Source: Deltaproteobacteria bacterium
Lineage (GTDB): Bacteria; JACQOV01
Assembly: GCA_016202395.1 (NCBI GenBank)
Contig: JACQOV010000009.1
Location: 1-50,807, forward strand
Direction of reading: 5' to 3'
DNA: 50,807 bases
Position 1 is the stretch's first letter; every line of letters starts with the position of its first letter. Shown here piece by piece: positions 36,496 to 45,256 of the stretch. The notes below the pieces were generated by a model, which was not told where the DNA came from, did not search any database, and worked only from the letters and a program-made list of their open reading frames with translations. The translations under genes and the position numbers were made by a program.

Positions 36496-37484
36496 ATCCG
36501 GCCCTACGAGGAGGGATCATCGGCTTTGGACGAAACGCGATGAAGGCTCATCTCCCGGCGTTTCAAGCCCTCTCTCAATTTGAAATCCAAGCGGTCTGTG
36601 ACCCTCGGGAGGAAGCGCTTCAGACAGCTCCCACTCTCCTTAAAGGAGTTAGAACTTACCGAAATCCAGAGGAACTCCTTGAGAGCGAGGCTCTCGATTT
36701 TGTGGTGATCGCCACCCCCCCCTCGCTTCATGCTCCCCTTAGTTTAGCAGCGCTCCGTCGAAAAATATCGGTCCTCTGTGAAAAGCCTCTCACCTCCCAT
36801 TCGAAGGAATTAGAGCTTCTAGAAAAAACGGCTCAAGAGAATCACGTGACTCTCTTTACGGTTCACAACTGGAAATACGCCCCGATCCTTCAAGAACTTT
36901 CAAAAATTCTTCACTCTCAAGAGATCGGATCCTTAAAAAGGACCGAGATTGAGATTTTGCGAACTCGACCCGCCGCGGGGGAAGGGAATTGGCGAGGGGA
37001 CGCCTCTGTGGGAGGGGGCGGAATCGTGATGGATCATGGTTGGCATTGGTTCTATTTGATCCCGTCTCTAGTGGGAGAAGATTTTAAAACCGTTTCGGCG
37101 AAACTGGCTCTCAATGAAGCCAAGATTGAAGAGGTTGCCGCCTGTCGTTTTGACAAAGCCGATGGGACTGGAGTTTATCTCCACCTTTCTTGGAGGGCGG
37201 AGCGACGTTACAACGGCGGCCTCTTTGAAGGGACCCAGGGGACTGTCCATCTGAAAGACGATCGATTGGAAAGAGAACAAAAAGTGATCCCTTTTCCAGA
37301 ACGACTTTCGGCAGGCTCCTACCATCCCGAATGGATTCGAGCGATGCTCTTGGATTTTGAGAAAGAGGTGCGGAATCCTATAAAGCGAGGAGAAAACCTC
37401 CGAGAGGCTAAACGCTGTCTGCAATGGTGCCAGGCGGTCTATCGATCCCACCAACTCGGTGGAGAAAAAGTGAATTTGATATGA
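36492..37484 (+). CDS. Gfo/Idh/MocA oxidoreductase (inositol-dehydrogenase-like)
   Basis: GIIGFG, ATPPSLH, LCEKP, GGGIVMDHGWH. Confidence 0.92.
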   Translation: MNPALRGGIIGFGRNAMKAHLPAFQALSQFEIQAVCDPREEALQTAPTLLKGVRTYRNPEELLESEALDFVVIATPPSLHAPLSLAALRRKISVLCEKPLTSHSKELELLEKTAQENHVTLFTVHNWKYAPILQELSKILHSQEIGSLKRTEIEILRTRPAAGEGNWRGDASVGGGGIVMDHGWHWFYLIPSLVGEDFKTVSAKLALNEAKIEEVAACRFDKADGTGVYLHLSWRAERRYNGGLFEGTQGTVHLKDDRLEREQKVIPFPERLSAGSYHPEWIRAMLLDFEKEVRNPIKRGENLREAKRCLQWCQAVYRSHQLGGEKVNLI

Positions 37485-38476
37485 ATTGGACAGCGTGTAT
37501 CCCTTTACCGACAGATCCAAAAGAGCGAGAGCTTTTAATCCAGCCGCTTCTGGGGCTCCCTTTCATCGAGCGCTTGATTCGGACTCTGCGTAAGGAAGGA
37601 ACCACGGTTGTTGTTGCGTTCGATAAAGAACCCCATGAGGAGATGTCAAAGATCAAAGCGATCGTAGAAAAAGCGGGCGGGACATTGGAATCGAGGGAAA
37701 GTCTAGAGGGCCGTCTTCAGAGAGAAGAGATCCGGACCGTCTCTCCTCTGGAGCGGTTTCCAATGAAAACGGATCCGGACCGCAAGGAAACCGAAAAAAA
37801 ACTGCTCCGTTCCCTGATTAAACCGACCGAAGGCTTTATGTCGAAACATTTCGAACGAAAAATCTCTTTGGCCATCACCCGTCGAATCATCTCTACCTCG
37901 ATAACGCCAAACCAAATGAGTCTTATCTCGATTGGCATTGGATTGATTGGGGGGTTGGGCTTTGCTTCCACAGAGCGAGTTTGGCATATCGTAGGATCGT
38001 TGCTCTTTCTTGTTCATTCGATCACCGATGGCTGTGATGGAGAGATCGCGCGATTGAAGTTCCAACACTCGAAACTCGGAGCCTGGCTCGATTTTTGGGG
38101 GGACAATGCGGTGCATGCCATGGTCTTCTCCTGCATGGCAATTGGGCTTTATCGAGGAGGGATGTCTCTGTGGATCTTGACTATTGGAGGACTGGCGGTT
38201 GCGGGAACTCTGTTATCGGCCTCCCTCATTTTCACCCAAACGATACTCCCTCAAGGAGCTTTCACAAAGGCTACGGGAGACCGTCAAACAGAGGACAAGA
38301 AGGCTAAAGCCTTTTCCAAAATTGCCGATTCTTTGGGAAACCGTGACTTTATTTACCTGGTGATTTTTTTAGCCATGCTAGGGAAACTCCATTGGTTTCT
38401 TCCCCTCGTTGCGGTAGGATCCCCTTTATACGGCATAATGTTGATTTACATCTACCTAAAATCAAGGAGGAAGTAA
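37481..38476 (+). CDS. CDP-alcohol phosphotransferase with degenerate N-terminal NT-like segment
   Basis: ITPNQMS; DGCDGEIAR...SKLGAWLDFWGD signature; N-terminal LLGLPFIERLI. Confidence 0.9.
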   Translation: MNWTACIPLPTDPKERELLIQPLLGLPFIERLIRTLRKEGTTVVVAFDKEPHEEMSKIKAIVEKAGGTLESRESLEGRLQREEIRTVSPLERFPMKTDPDRKETEKKLLRSLIKPTEGFMSKHFERKISLAITRRIISTSITPNQMSLISIGIGLIGGLGFASTERVWHIVGSLLFLVHSITDGCDGEIARLKFQHSKLGAWLDFWGDNAVHAMVFSCMAIGLYRGGMSLWILTIGGLAVAGTLLSASLIFTQTILPQGAFTKATGDRQTEDKKAKAFSKIADSLGNRDFIYLVIFLAMLGKLHWFLPLVAVGSPLYGIMLIYIYLKSRRK

Positions 38477-39792
38477 TGCGTGTTGGAAATCAGATCGAGA
38501 AACCAGAAGGGAAACTGGGAGTTTTGTTGCCGGGGCTGGGGGCTGTCAGCACCACCGTTGTTGCGGGAACCCATCTCATTAATAAGGGGCTTGCCCATCC
38601 TTTCGGCTCGCTCACTCAGATGCAAACGATTCGACTGGGGAAACGGACCGAACATCGCCAGCCTTTGATCAAAGATTTCATCCCGTTAGCCCACATGAAA
38701 GATCTTGTTTTTGGAGGGTGGGACATCTTCACCGATAACGCCCATCAAGCAGCAATGAAGGCCGGTGTTCTTCCGCAAGAAACTTTAGAAAAGGTTCGCC
38801 CTGAACTCGAAGCGGTAAAGCCCTGGAAAGCGGTTTTCGATCAACGCTATGTCAAAAAACTCTCTGGCCCGAATGTGAAGCAGGGGAAAAATAAGATGGA
38901 ACTGGCCGAGGCCGTCATGAGAGATATGGAGCAGTTTCAAAAAGAGACAGGGGCTAAACGTCTGGTCATGGTTTGGTGTGGCAGCACCGAAATCTATTTA
39001 CAAAAGACTGCTGTCCATGACACCATCGAAACCTTTGAAAAAGGTCTGAAAGAGAACTCGCCTGAGATCCCATCCTCCATGATTTATGCCTATGCGGCTG
39101 TGAAGATGGGCATCCCTTACGCCAATGGAGCCCCTAATTTGAGCGGGGATATCCCCGCGATGCTGGAGCTTTCTCAAAAGACAAAAACTCCCGTTGCCGG
39201 CAAAGATTTTAAAACAGGGCAGACTTTGATGAAAACAATCATCGCTCCCGGCTTGAAAGCTCGGATGCTAGGGCTTCAAGGTTGGTTCTCTGCCAACATT
39301 CTGGGGAATCGCGACGGAGAGGTTTTAGACGATCCCGATTCTTTCAAAACCAAAGAGGTGAGCAAGATGTCGGTGCTCGATAATATTCTGGAGCCCAACC
39401 TCTATCCCAATCTTTACGGAAATTATTACCACAAAGTTCGGATTCACTACTATCCTCCGCGAGGAGACGCCAAAGAGGGGTGGGATAACATCGATATTTT
39501 CGGATGGCTGGGATTGCCGATGCAAATGAAGGTCGATTTCCTCTGTCGAGATAGCATCTTGGCTGCTCCGATTGTTCTGGATCTTATCCTATTTCTGGAT
39601 CTTGCCAAAAGAGCGGGAATGAAAGGGATCCAAGAATGGCTCAGTTTTTATTGGAAATCTCCGATGTGCCTGCCTGAGCTTCAGCCGGAGCATGATCTTT
39701 TCATTCAGCATATGAAACTCAAAAACACCCTTCGAATTTTGATGAACGAAGAGCTGATTGACCACTCGGGATTGGACTATTATGAGAAATAA
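38476..39792 (+). CDS. ino1: myo-inositol-1(3)-phosphate synthase
   Basis: GLGAV, NGAPN, GKDFKTGQTLMK, NILGNRDG, DAKEGWD, CRDSILAAP. Confidence 0.95.
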   Translation: MRVGNQIEKPEGKLGVLLPGLGAVSTTVVAGTHLINKGLAHPFGSLTQMQTIRLGKRTEHRQPLIKDFIPLAHMKDLVFGGWDIFTDNAHQAAMKAGVLPQETLEKVRPELEAVKPWKAVFDQRYVKKLSGPNVKQGKNKMELAEAVMRDMEQFQKETGAKRLVMVWCGSTEIYLQKTAVHDTIETFEKGLKENSPEIPSSMIYAYAAVKMGIPYANGAPNLSGDIPAMLELSQKTKTPVAGKDFKTGQTLMKTIIAPGLKARMLGLQGWFSANILGNRDGEVLDDPDSFKTKEVSKMSVLDNILEPNLYPNLYGNYYHKVRIHYYPPRGDAKEGWDNIDIFGWLGLPMQMKVDFLCRDSILAAPIVLDLILFLDLAKRAGMKGIQEWLSFYWKSPMCLPELQPEHDLFIQHMKLKNTLRILMNEELIDHSGLDYYEK

Positions 39793-39840
39793 CCCCCTCT
39801 ATCTCCCCCTTAATTTAAGGGGGAGAAAAAGAGGGGGTTA
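39790..39840. terminator. Nested palindrome between convergent ino1 and mlaC-like genes (repeat-derived, possible bidirectional terminator)
   Basis: Outer TAACCCCCTCT/AGAGGGGGTTA, inner TCTCCCCCTTAA-T-TTAAGGGGGAGA. Confidence 0.7.
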
Positions 39841-40455
39841 ATTGGAGTTTTCTTGAATCTTCTCTTGCATCCGGCGTGTCAACTCATCGTAGGAGTTCTC
39901 GGAGAGGATCTGCTGCATCTGTGACGTGAGATCGGCCACCAAGCTCACCCCGTCGAGAACGATGTCGGTAATCAACCAACGTCCTGAAACTTTGCGCAAA
40001 CGATAATCGATGCCAATGCGTCCCTCTTCCGGATGCTGGATCGAGGTTCGAACCGTGGCGTTCTCTTGCTGAACTTTTTCTTGATCGACATTGATCTCCA
40101 AATCGCTGAAAAATTTAGAGGATTTAGGATAGGCCACCTTCTCTAAAAGGCCCGTAAAGATCCCCACAAATCGCTTCCGCTCCGGTTGCGTGAGTTTATC
40201 CCATGTCGTTCCCAAGGTTCTCTTGCTCACCTCTTCAACATTGAGAAGCGAAGAAACCTTCTTGGATTGCGCCCCGGTCGCTGGATTGTTCTGCATCTCC
40301 CTCACTAAGGTAACTACCTGCTCTACCACCGCAGACGGGGAACCTTGCGGCGCCATCGCCTCTGCCTGAGGCGCTGGCCCCAGAAAAAACATGCCGATAA
40401 GCGCCCCTACGAAAAGGATCCTGCCTGTTGGATTTAACTCTTTGTTTTTAAACAA
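39838..40455 (-). CDS. MlaC/Ttg2D (HpnM-like) periplasmic lipid-binding protein
   Basis: Signal peptide; LGTTW, IDYRL...WLITDIVLDGVSLV; SD AGGAGA before TTG. Confidence 0.88.
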   Translation of the reverse strand: MFKNKELNPTGRILFVGALIGMFFLGPAPQAEAMAPQGSPSAVVEQVVTLVREMQNNPATGAQSKKVSSLLNVEEVSKRTLGTTWDKLTQPERKRFVGIFTGLLEKVAYPKSSKFFSDLEINVDQEKVQQENATVRTSIQHPEEGRIGIDYRLRKVSGRWLITDIVLDGVSLVADLTSQMQQILSENSYDELTRRMQEKIQENSN

Positions 40456-40526
40456 TTTATCTCCTAACGCTATGCATCATCTTAGCAAAATTTCACCCGA
40501 TTTGCAATGTTTTAACGCGTCATGAT

Positions 40527-41000
40527 TCACCTCCTTTTCAACCGCTCTTTTTCAATCCTCTTCACCGCCTGAGAGACATTTCCCAAACAGCAAGCACCCT
40601 GCGGATTCAGAATCTCGCAGGAGCAGGCCTCTTCCTTAACTTTTTGTCGAATAAAATCGGGGATGGTCGCCTTTCCGGTGGCCTCCATCTCTTCACGGAG
40701 GTCCGATACAAAAAAGTTGAAACAATAACAAACCTGTGGGTTTTCTTTTTCCTTCTGACCGACCGGGATCCGAATTTGGTCTTTTTTGAATACGTGGGAA
40801 TTGCCTGAATAATAAACGACGTCGCAATCGGGAACGCTGCAGAAGTAGTAGGTTTCGTTCGGTGAGAGCTCTTTTAGGAATTTCCCTTTTAAGAGATACA
40901 AAAGAGTCCGTGTCTCTACACGCCTTCCTCTTACGCCATTGGCTGGACAAGGAGGAATCTTTTTTGGCTCTTGGGTTATTTTGCAACAAGACTCCGTCAT
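40527..41000 (-). CDS. Cys-rich Zn/[2Fe-2S] metallochaperone (archaeal CopZ N-terminal-like)
   Basis: CP, YYFCSVPDCDVVYY, VCYCF, CEILNPQGACCLGNV; SD GAGGAG before ATG 41000. Confidence 0.8.
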   Translation of the reverse strand: MTESCCKITQEPKKIPPCPANGVRGRRVETRTLLYLLKGKFLKELSPNETYYFCSVPDCDVVYYSGNSHVFKKDQIRIPVGQKEKENPQVCYCFNFFVSDLREEMEATGKATIPDFIRQKVKEEACSCEILNPQGACCLGNVSQAVKRIEKERLKRR

Positions 41001-41075
41001 GAGTGTCTCCTCCTCGCTGCGATCAAAATTGCCTTGGTTCTTTTCTCCCCCTGAATACAAACTCAACCTCTTCAT

Positions 41076-41510
41076 TCATTTGTCTTCCTTCTCTAAGGAA
41101 TTCAGAATCGGGCACCTCTCTGTCGGTTCGAGCTTGTGACAGGAGGCGATCAACTCCTTGAGAACCCTCTGAATCGACCTTAAGCGGGTAATCTTTTGCT
41201 CCACCTGAGTGAGTTTTTCCTCTGTCTTTCGCTTAACGGAGGTACATTGAGCCGATGAAGTGACCCTCAAATTCAAGAGCTCACCGATCTCATGGAGAGA
41301 AAACCCCAACTCCTGAGCTCTTTTGATGAAGTGAATCCTTTGGATCTCCGCGTCGCCATAAAGTCGGTATCCGGAGACCCGCCTCGACGTAGGAATCAAG
41401 AGACGACGACGTTCGTAATAGCGCAGCGTTTGAACATTAAGCCCGAGCCTTTTTGCCGCCTCGCCAATCTGGAGGCCCTTATCCTTGGGCGATTCAGAAA
41501 GCGGATTCAT
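41076..41510 (-). CDS. MerR-family heavy-metal-responsive regulator
   Basis: IGEAAKRLGLNVQTLRYYE, GYRLY, FIKRAQELGFSL; three Cys (QC...SC...CPIL) as in divalent-metal sensors. Confidence 0.93.
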   Translation of the reverse strand: MNPLSESPKDKGLQIGEAAKRLGLNVQTLRYYERRRLLIPTSRRVSGYRLYGDAEIQRIHFIKRAQELGFSLHEIGELLNLRVTSSAQCTSVKRKTEEKLTQVEQKITRLRSIQRVLKELIASCHKLEPTERCPILNSLEKEDK

Positions 41511-41536
41511 AAATCACCTCGTTCATCCTGTTAGGG

Positions 41537-41567
41537 AGTATAACATTATACCTAAGTATAGAGTCAA
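41537..41567 (-). promoter_or_regulatory. MerR-type promoter with 19-bp spacer and dyad operator
   Basis: TTGACT-CTATACTTAGGTATAATGT(19)-TATACT; dyad TATAC-TTAG-GTATA in the spacer. Confidence 0.85.
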
Positions 41568-41587
41568 GTGGTGTTTTAACACAGGTT

Positions 41588-42592
41588 TTAACGCGTCACG
41601 CGCGCGCCTGTGTATTGGAGTTTCGTAAAAAACGAGAAATCGGCGGCGGCCTCCTCCGTGACGATATTTTGAACTGCCCCTAAGCTCCATAACCAAGAAC
41701 GCCCGATTCGGATATGAAACCCGGGAATTACCTCGTAAGTTGGGGTATCGAGTCGTTGCATATAGGGATTGTCATAAGGAGAATCGTAGTACTGAAACTG
41801 CCCCACAAAGGAGACTCGACGAAGGAAAGGATACTCCACCGCTAATCCCGCCGCGAGAAATGGTTTTATCGGCACGACATCCGGCTCAAAATTCCCAACG
41901 GGAACCACTTCGTTCAAATTTCCGTACAAGATGAGTGGGCCCATCTTTTTCTCCGCCAATAAACCGATCCCCAAATCGGTGGTGTCACTGCCAAAGGCAT
42001 TCACGCGATCCCCTGTGGGAAGTTTGAGAACCCCTCTCAAACTGATGAGAGGGGACCAGGCTCCTTCAGAGATCCATTGATATTTCCCTTGCAATAAAAT
42101 GTTCCCGAGTCCTGCTCCCTCCTCCCCACTCAAAATTTCAACATCATGGAACCGAACGTAATAGGTCAACTGATTGTCCGGGACACTTTCTCGCAACGGA
42201 TTGACCCGACTGGCTAAATCCTCTATCCAAAAACTGAAAGGATCAATAAAGCCTCCATGACGATAAATTATCGGAACCTCCACCCCAACCTCCAAACGAT
42301 CCATCAATCCATAATCAAAATTCAGAAACGCAGAGGTGGTTTCCAGATCGATCCATAACCTTATATTGGGGTTGCTATCCTCTTGAAGGCTGTTGCTCTC
42401 AACCAAAGTAAGCCCAAGATTCCATTGTTTGGGCTCTAAAGGTTTGGGACGTTCCATCTCCATCCCTAAGAAGATCATTTGAGCGGGCGCAAAATTGCGC
42501 ACAGGCATCGGTCCATAGGCCTCCTGTGAAAACGCCATCTTAGGAATTAGCAGGGCAATAAATAAGGCTAGCGCCAAAAAACGGACCCACAT
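41588..42592 (-). CDS. DUF3187-like outer-membrane beta-barrel protein
   Basis: Signal peptide; PVRNFAP, IDLET, GGFIDPF, KLPTGD, AADF. Confidence 0.7.
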   Translation of the reverse strand: MWVRFLALALFIALLIPKMAFSQEAYGPMPVRNFAPAQMIFLGMEMERPKPLEPKQWNLGLTLVESNSLQEDSNPNIRLWIDLETTSAFLNFDYGLMDRLEVGVEVPIIYRHGGFIDPFSFWIEDLASRVNPLRESVPDNQLTYYVRFHDVEILSGEEGAGLGNILLQGKYQWISEGAWSPLISLRGVLKLPTGDRVNAFGSDTTDLGIGLLAEKKMGPLILYGNLNEVVPVGNFEPDVVPIKPFLAAGLAVEYPFLRRVSFVGQFQYYDSPYDNPYMQRLDTPTYEVIPGFHIRIGRSWLWSLGAVQNIVTEEAAADFSFFTKLQYTGARVTR

Positions 42593-42639
42593 CTTTTCCT
42601 ATTATGCCTATCTCAGAGCATTCTGTCTATTCAAATAGT

Positions 42640-43022
42640 TTCACTGGAATGTTTTTCTCGCTTCACTCACGAGATTTTTGGGGTACCCGTTAGGGGAGGT
42701 AGGTCTCTGAATGAGCGGTTCATTTCGAGCCGTGCCCCTGTTGGCTCCGCAAAGCAGCGGAGTGGATGGCTCACAATCGGTGTCGATCCGAACAGAGGAT
42801 GGGGTCAGTTTTAAGTTTTTAAGTAACGCTAACCCCATTCTCCTAATCGTTACTTAAAAACTTAAAACTGACCCCATCCTCCTCCAGGGTGAAACTGGGG
42901 GACGTAGCTGCTTTGCGAAGCCTACAGTGGCTAGGCGAGAAATGCTAGCGAGTTCAGAGACCTGCCTCCCTTAGAGGGAGCAGAAATCTCGTGAGTGAAG
43001 CAAAGGGAAACATCCCCGTGAA
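42640..43022. repeat. Composite palindromic repeat/MITE-like element (T-A-hairpin-A'-T), copy 3
   Basis: Outward-facing T modules at 42640-42679 and 42984-43022; inverted copy of 19-172; central perfect 34-bp inverted repeat 42795-42828/42848-42881. Confidence 0.9.
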
Positions 43023-43067
43023 TTAGGTTGACAGGATGCGCCTAACTCTATAAATTAGTGGAGAAGA

Positions 43068-44441
43068 ATGTCACAGCGATTTGGATTCCCTTCAATCGTC
43101 ATCCTCTCTTGCCTCTTATCTTGGAATCTCCTCTTGGCCCAAGACCCAGAATCTTTGCCCTCAACCCAGCTTAGCCTTGAAGAATGTATTCAATGGGCGC
43201 TGCGAATGAACCCTCAGATCGACGCGGCGAATTACCAAGTGCAACAAGCAGAGAGCAAAGAAGGAGAAGCCAAAGCCGGAGAACTGCCACGCATTGAGGT
43301 TTTGGATATTTTTGGCGCCGTCCCTGAGGCTCGGGGAGACGTCCTCAATTCCCCCGATAAAACGACAGACATTGGAGGGCTCGGCCCCTTCAATCGCGTA
43401 GAAGTTAACATCACGCAACCCATTTACACCTTCGGCATGCTCAGCTCCTATATTGAAGCGGCCCAGCATGGGCTGGTCGCGCAGAAGGCAAAAAAGGAGA
43501 TGACTCATCAAGAGGTCATCTACGAGGTGAAGAAGCTCTACTACGCAACCTTGCTGAATCGCAAACTTTTGGAGGTTCTCACGGAGGTGAAGGACAACTT
43601 TCAGAAAGCGGTTGAGAAATCGGAAGAACTCATTGCGGAAGGCTCCAACAAAATTACCCAGACGGAGTTTTTGAAGCTCAAGCTGGGGGCCAACGAGATC
43701 GAACAGCAATGGGCCAGGCTTTACTATTCAGAACCTTTGACACTGGCGGCTCTTAAACAGGCCGTTGGGATCAAGCCCAACGCTGATTTTGACATGGAAG
43801 CGACCGACCTCACTCTGGAAACAGCCAATCTCCAATCCTTAGAGGAACACATCGCTCAAACCTTTGAGCATCGGCCGGAATGGAAAGCCCTTCAGGCTGG
43901 GATTGAGGCGAAAAAAGAGGCGCTCGAGGCTGAAAAGAAAACCCCTTACCCCGCTTTCTTTGTGAACGGCCTCTTTCGCTATGGCGTTGCCCCGAATCGA
44001 GACGATCAAAAGAACCCTTTTGTCTCCGATGATTTTAATTTTGTCGAGGCTGGAGCCTTTTTAGGAGTCCGAGTCGCCTTCGATTTCGGATACGATGACC
44101 GTGTGGCCGGCGCTCGAGCGGAGCTGGATCAACTGAAGGCGGACCAATCGCGGGCCGAGCTAGGATTCCCAGTAGAGGTTCAGCAAGCCTGGCTCGCGGT
44201 GAAAGAGATGGAGCGTCAATTTGAACTCGCCCAAGAGGCTCGACGAAACGCCCGAACCCTTTTAGGGCTTGCGGTCACTCATCATGAATTAGGCGTGGGA
44301 AAAGCAAAAGACATCTATGAAGCGATCGAATTCTTCACTAAAGCCCTCTCCAACTACTATCTCACCATCCACGATTACAACATGGCCTTGGCTCAGCTCA
44401 GCAAAGTAACCGGCCGCGAAGTCACGAATCTTTCTTATTAA
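43068..44441 (+). CDS. TolC-family outer-membrane efflux protein
   Basis: Signal peptide; LSLEECIQWALRMNP, QPIYTFG, VKKLYY, RPE, YNMALAQLSKVTG. Confidence 0.9.
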   Translation: MSQRFGFPSIVILSCLLSWNLLLAQDPESLPSTQLSLEECIQWALRMNPQIDAANYQVQQAESKEGEAKAGELPRIEVLDIFGAVPEARGDVLNSPDKTTDIGGLGPFNRVEVNITQPIYTFGMLSSYIEAAQHGLVAQKAKKEMTHQEVIYEVKKLYYATLLNRKLLEVLTEVKDNFQKAVEKSEELIAEGSNKITQTEFLKLKLGANEIEQQWARLYYSEPLTLAALKQAVGIKPNADFDMEATDLTLETANLQSLEEHIAQTFEHRPEWKALQAGIEAKKEALEAEKKTPYPAFFVNGLFRYGVAPNRDDQKNPFVSDDFNFVEAGAFLGVRVAFDFGYDDRVAGARAELDQLKADQSRAELGFPVEVQQAWLAVKEMERQFELAQEARRNARTLLGLAVTHHELGVGKAKDIYEAIEFFTKALSNYYLTIHDYNMALAQLSKVTGREVTNLSY

Positions 44442-44443
44442 AT

Positions 44444-44725
44444 TTAAGCTGCCTTTTGGGTCACAATCTTAAAATCATAGCCGAGATTAGAAAGGATATT
44501 GAGAAGCGCATCAAACGTAACCCTGGAAGTCCCCACACCTGATTCAACCTGCGCAATCCAGCTCTGACTTACACCCAGTATTTTAGCGAGGGCCGCTTGC
44601 GTAAGTCCCTGAGATTTACGGGCTTTAATGAGTTTCTGAATCAAGTGTTGTTTCTCACGAACCTCTGCAATCGACACACCCAGCGATTCAGCCAATTTTT
44701 CAATTGAAATCTCTTTCCAAGGCAT
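44444..44725 (-). CDS. XRE/HTH antitoxin (HigA-like)
   Basis: ARKSQGLTQAALAKILGVSQSWIAQVESG. Confidence 0.88.
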   Translation of the reverse strand: MPWKEISIEKLAESLGVSIAEVREKQHLIQKLIKARKSQGLTQAALAKILGVSQSWIAQVESGVGTSRVTFDALLNILSNLGYDFKIVTQKAA

Positions 44726-44728
44726 CGT

Positions 44729-45061
44729 TCACACCTCCCCAATCCTTTTCAAAATAACTTTAAGTTCTTTCTTCGGAATTTCTTGTGTCTTCTTTTTGGA
44801 GGCATGGAGCATATAAATCGCATCCCCCTTCTTGATGTAATAAAAAATCCTGATCTGACCCGACCTGTCTTTTAATCGGAGTTCATGTAAACCTTGATAG
44901 ACACTCGCAAGATTCCGGCTAAGTGGCATCGAAAGTCGCTCCCCCGACGCTAGAAGATTTACTGCATCCACAAAATCTGCGCGAATGTTTTCCGATTGAG
45001 CTTCAACGAACTCTTCCACCGGACTCCAACCTAAAGACGTCGTATAAAACTTAATGTGCAT
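44729..45061 (-). CDS. RelE/ParE-superfamily toxin (HigB/Gp49-like)
   Basis: SPVEEF, GLHELR, RIFY, LHASKKKTQEIP; toxin-first order. Confidence 0.88.
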   Translation of the reverse strand: MHIKFYTTSLGWSPVEEFVEAQSENIRADFVDAVNLLASGERLSMPLSRNLASVYQGLHELRLKDRSGQIRIFYYIKKGDAIYMLHASKKKTQEIPKKELKVILKRIGEV

Positions 45062-45065
45062 TTTT

Positions 45066-45094
45066 ATTATAAGCTATAACTTATATTATTTCAA
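45066..45094 (-). promoter_or_regulatory. Sigma70 promoter with dyad operator for the HigBA-like pair
   Basis: TTGAAA-17 nt-TATAAT ending 4 nt before the ATG; overlapping imperfect palindrome TATAAGTTATAGCTTATA. Confidence 0.75.
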
Positions 45095-45256
45095 GCCTCT
45101 CTTCTCTATATAACTATCGACTCGAAGAAAGCATTTGTTGCTTCGAAATTGAAAAATATTTTTGGATCTCCTTTCAGAGACCCGCTCTATCCAAAATTCT
45201 TTTTAAAAATCATACGATTGGGCTGGAGGACTACTTCATGTAGCAAAAGTCTAAGA

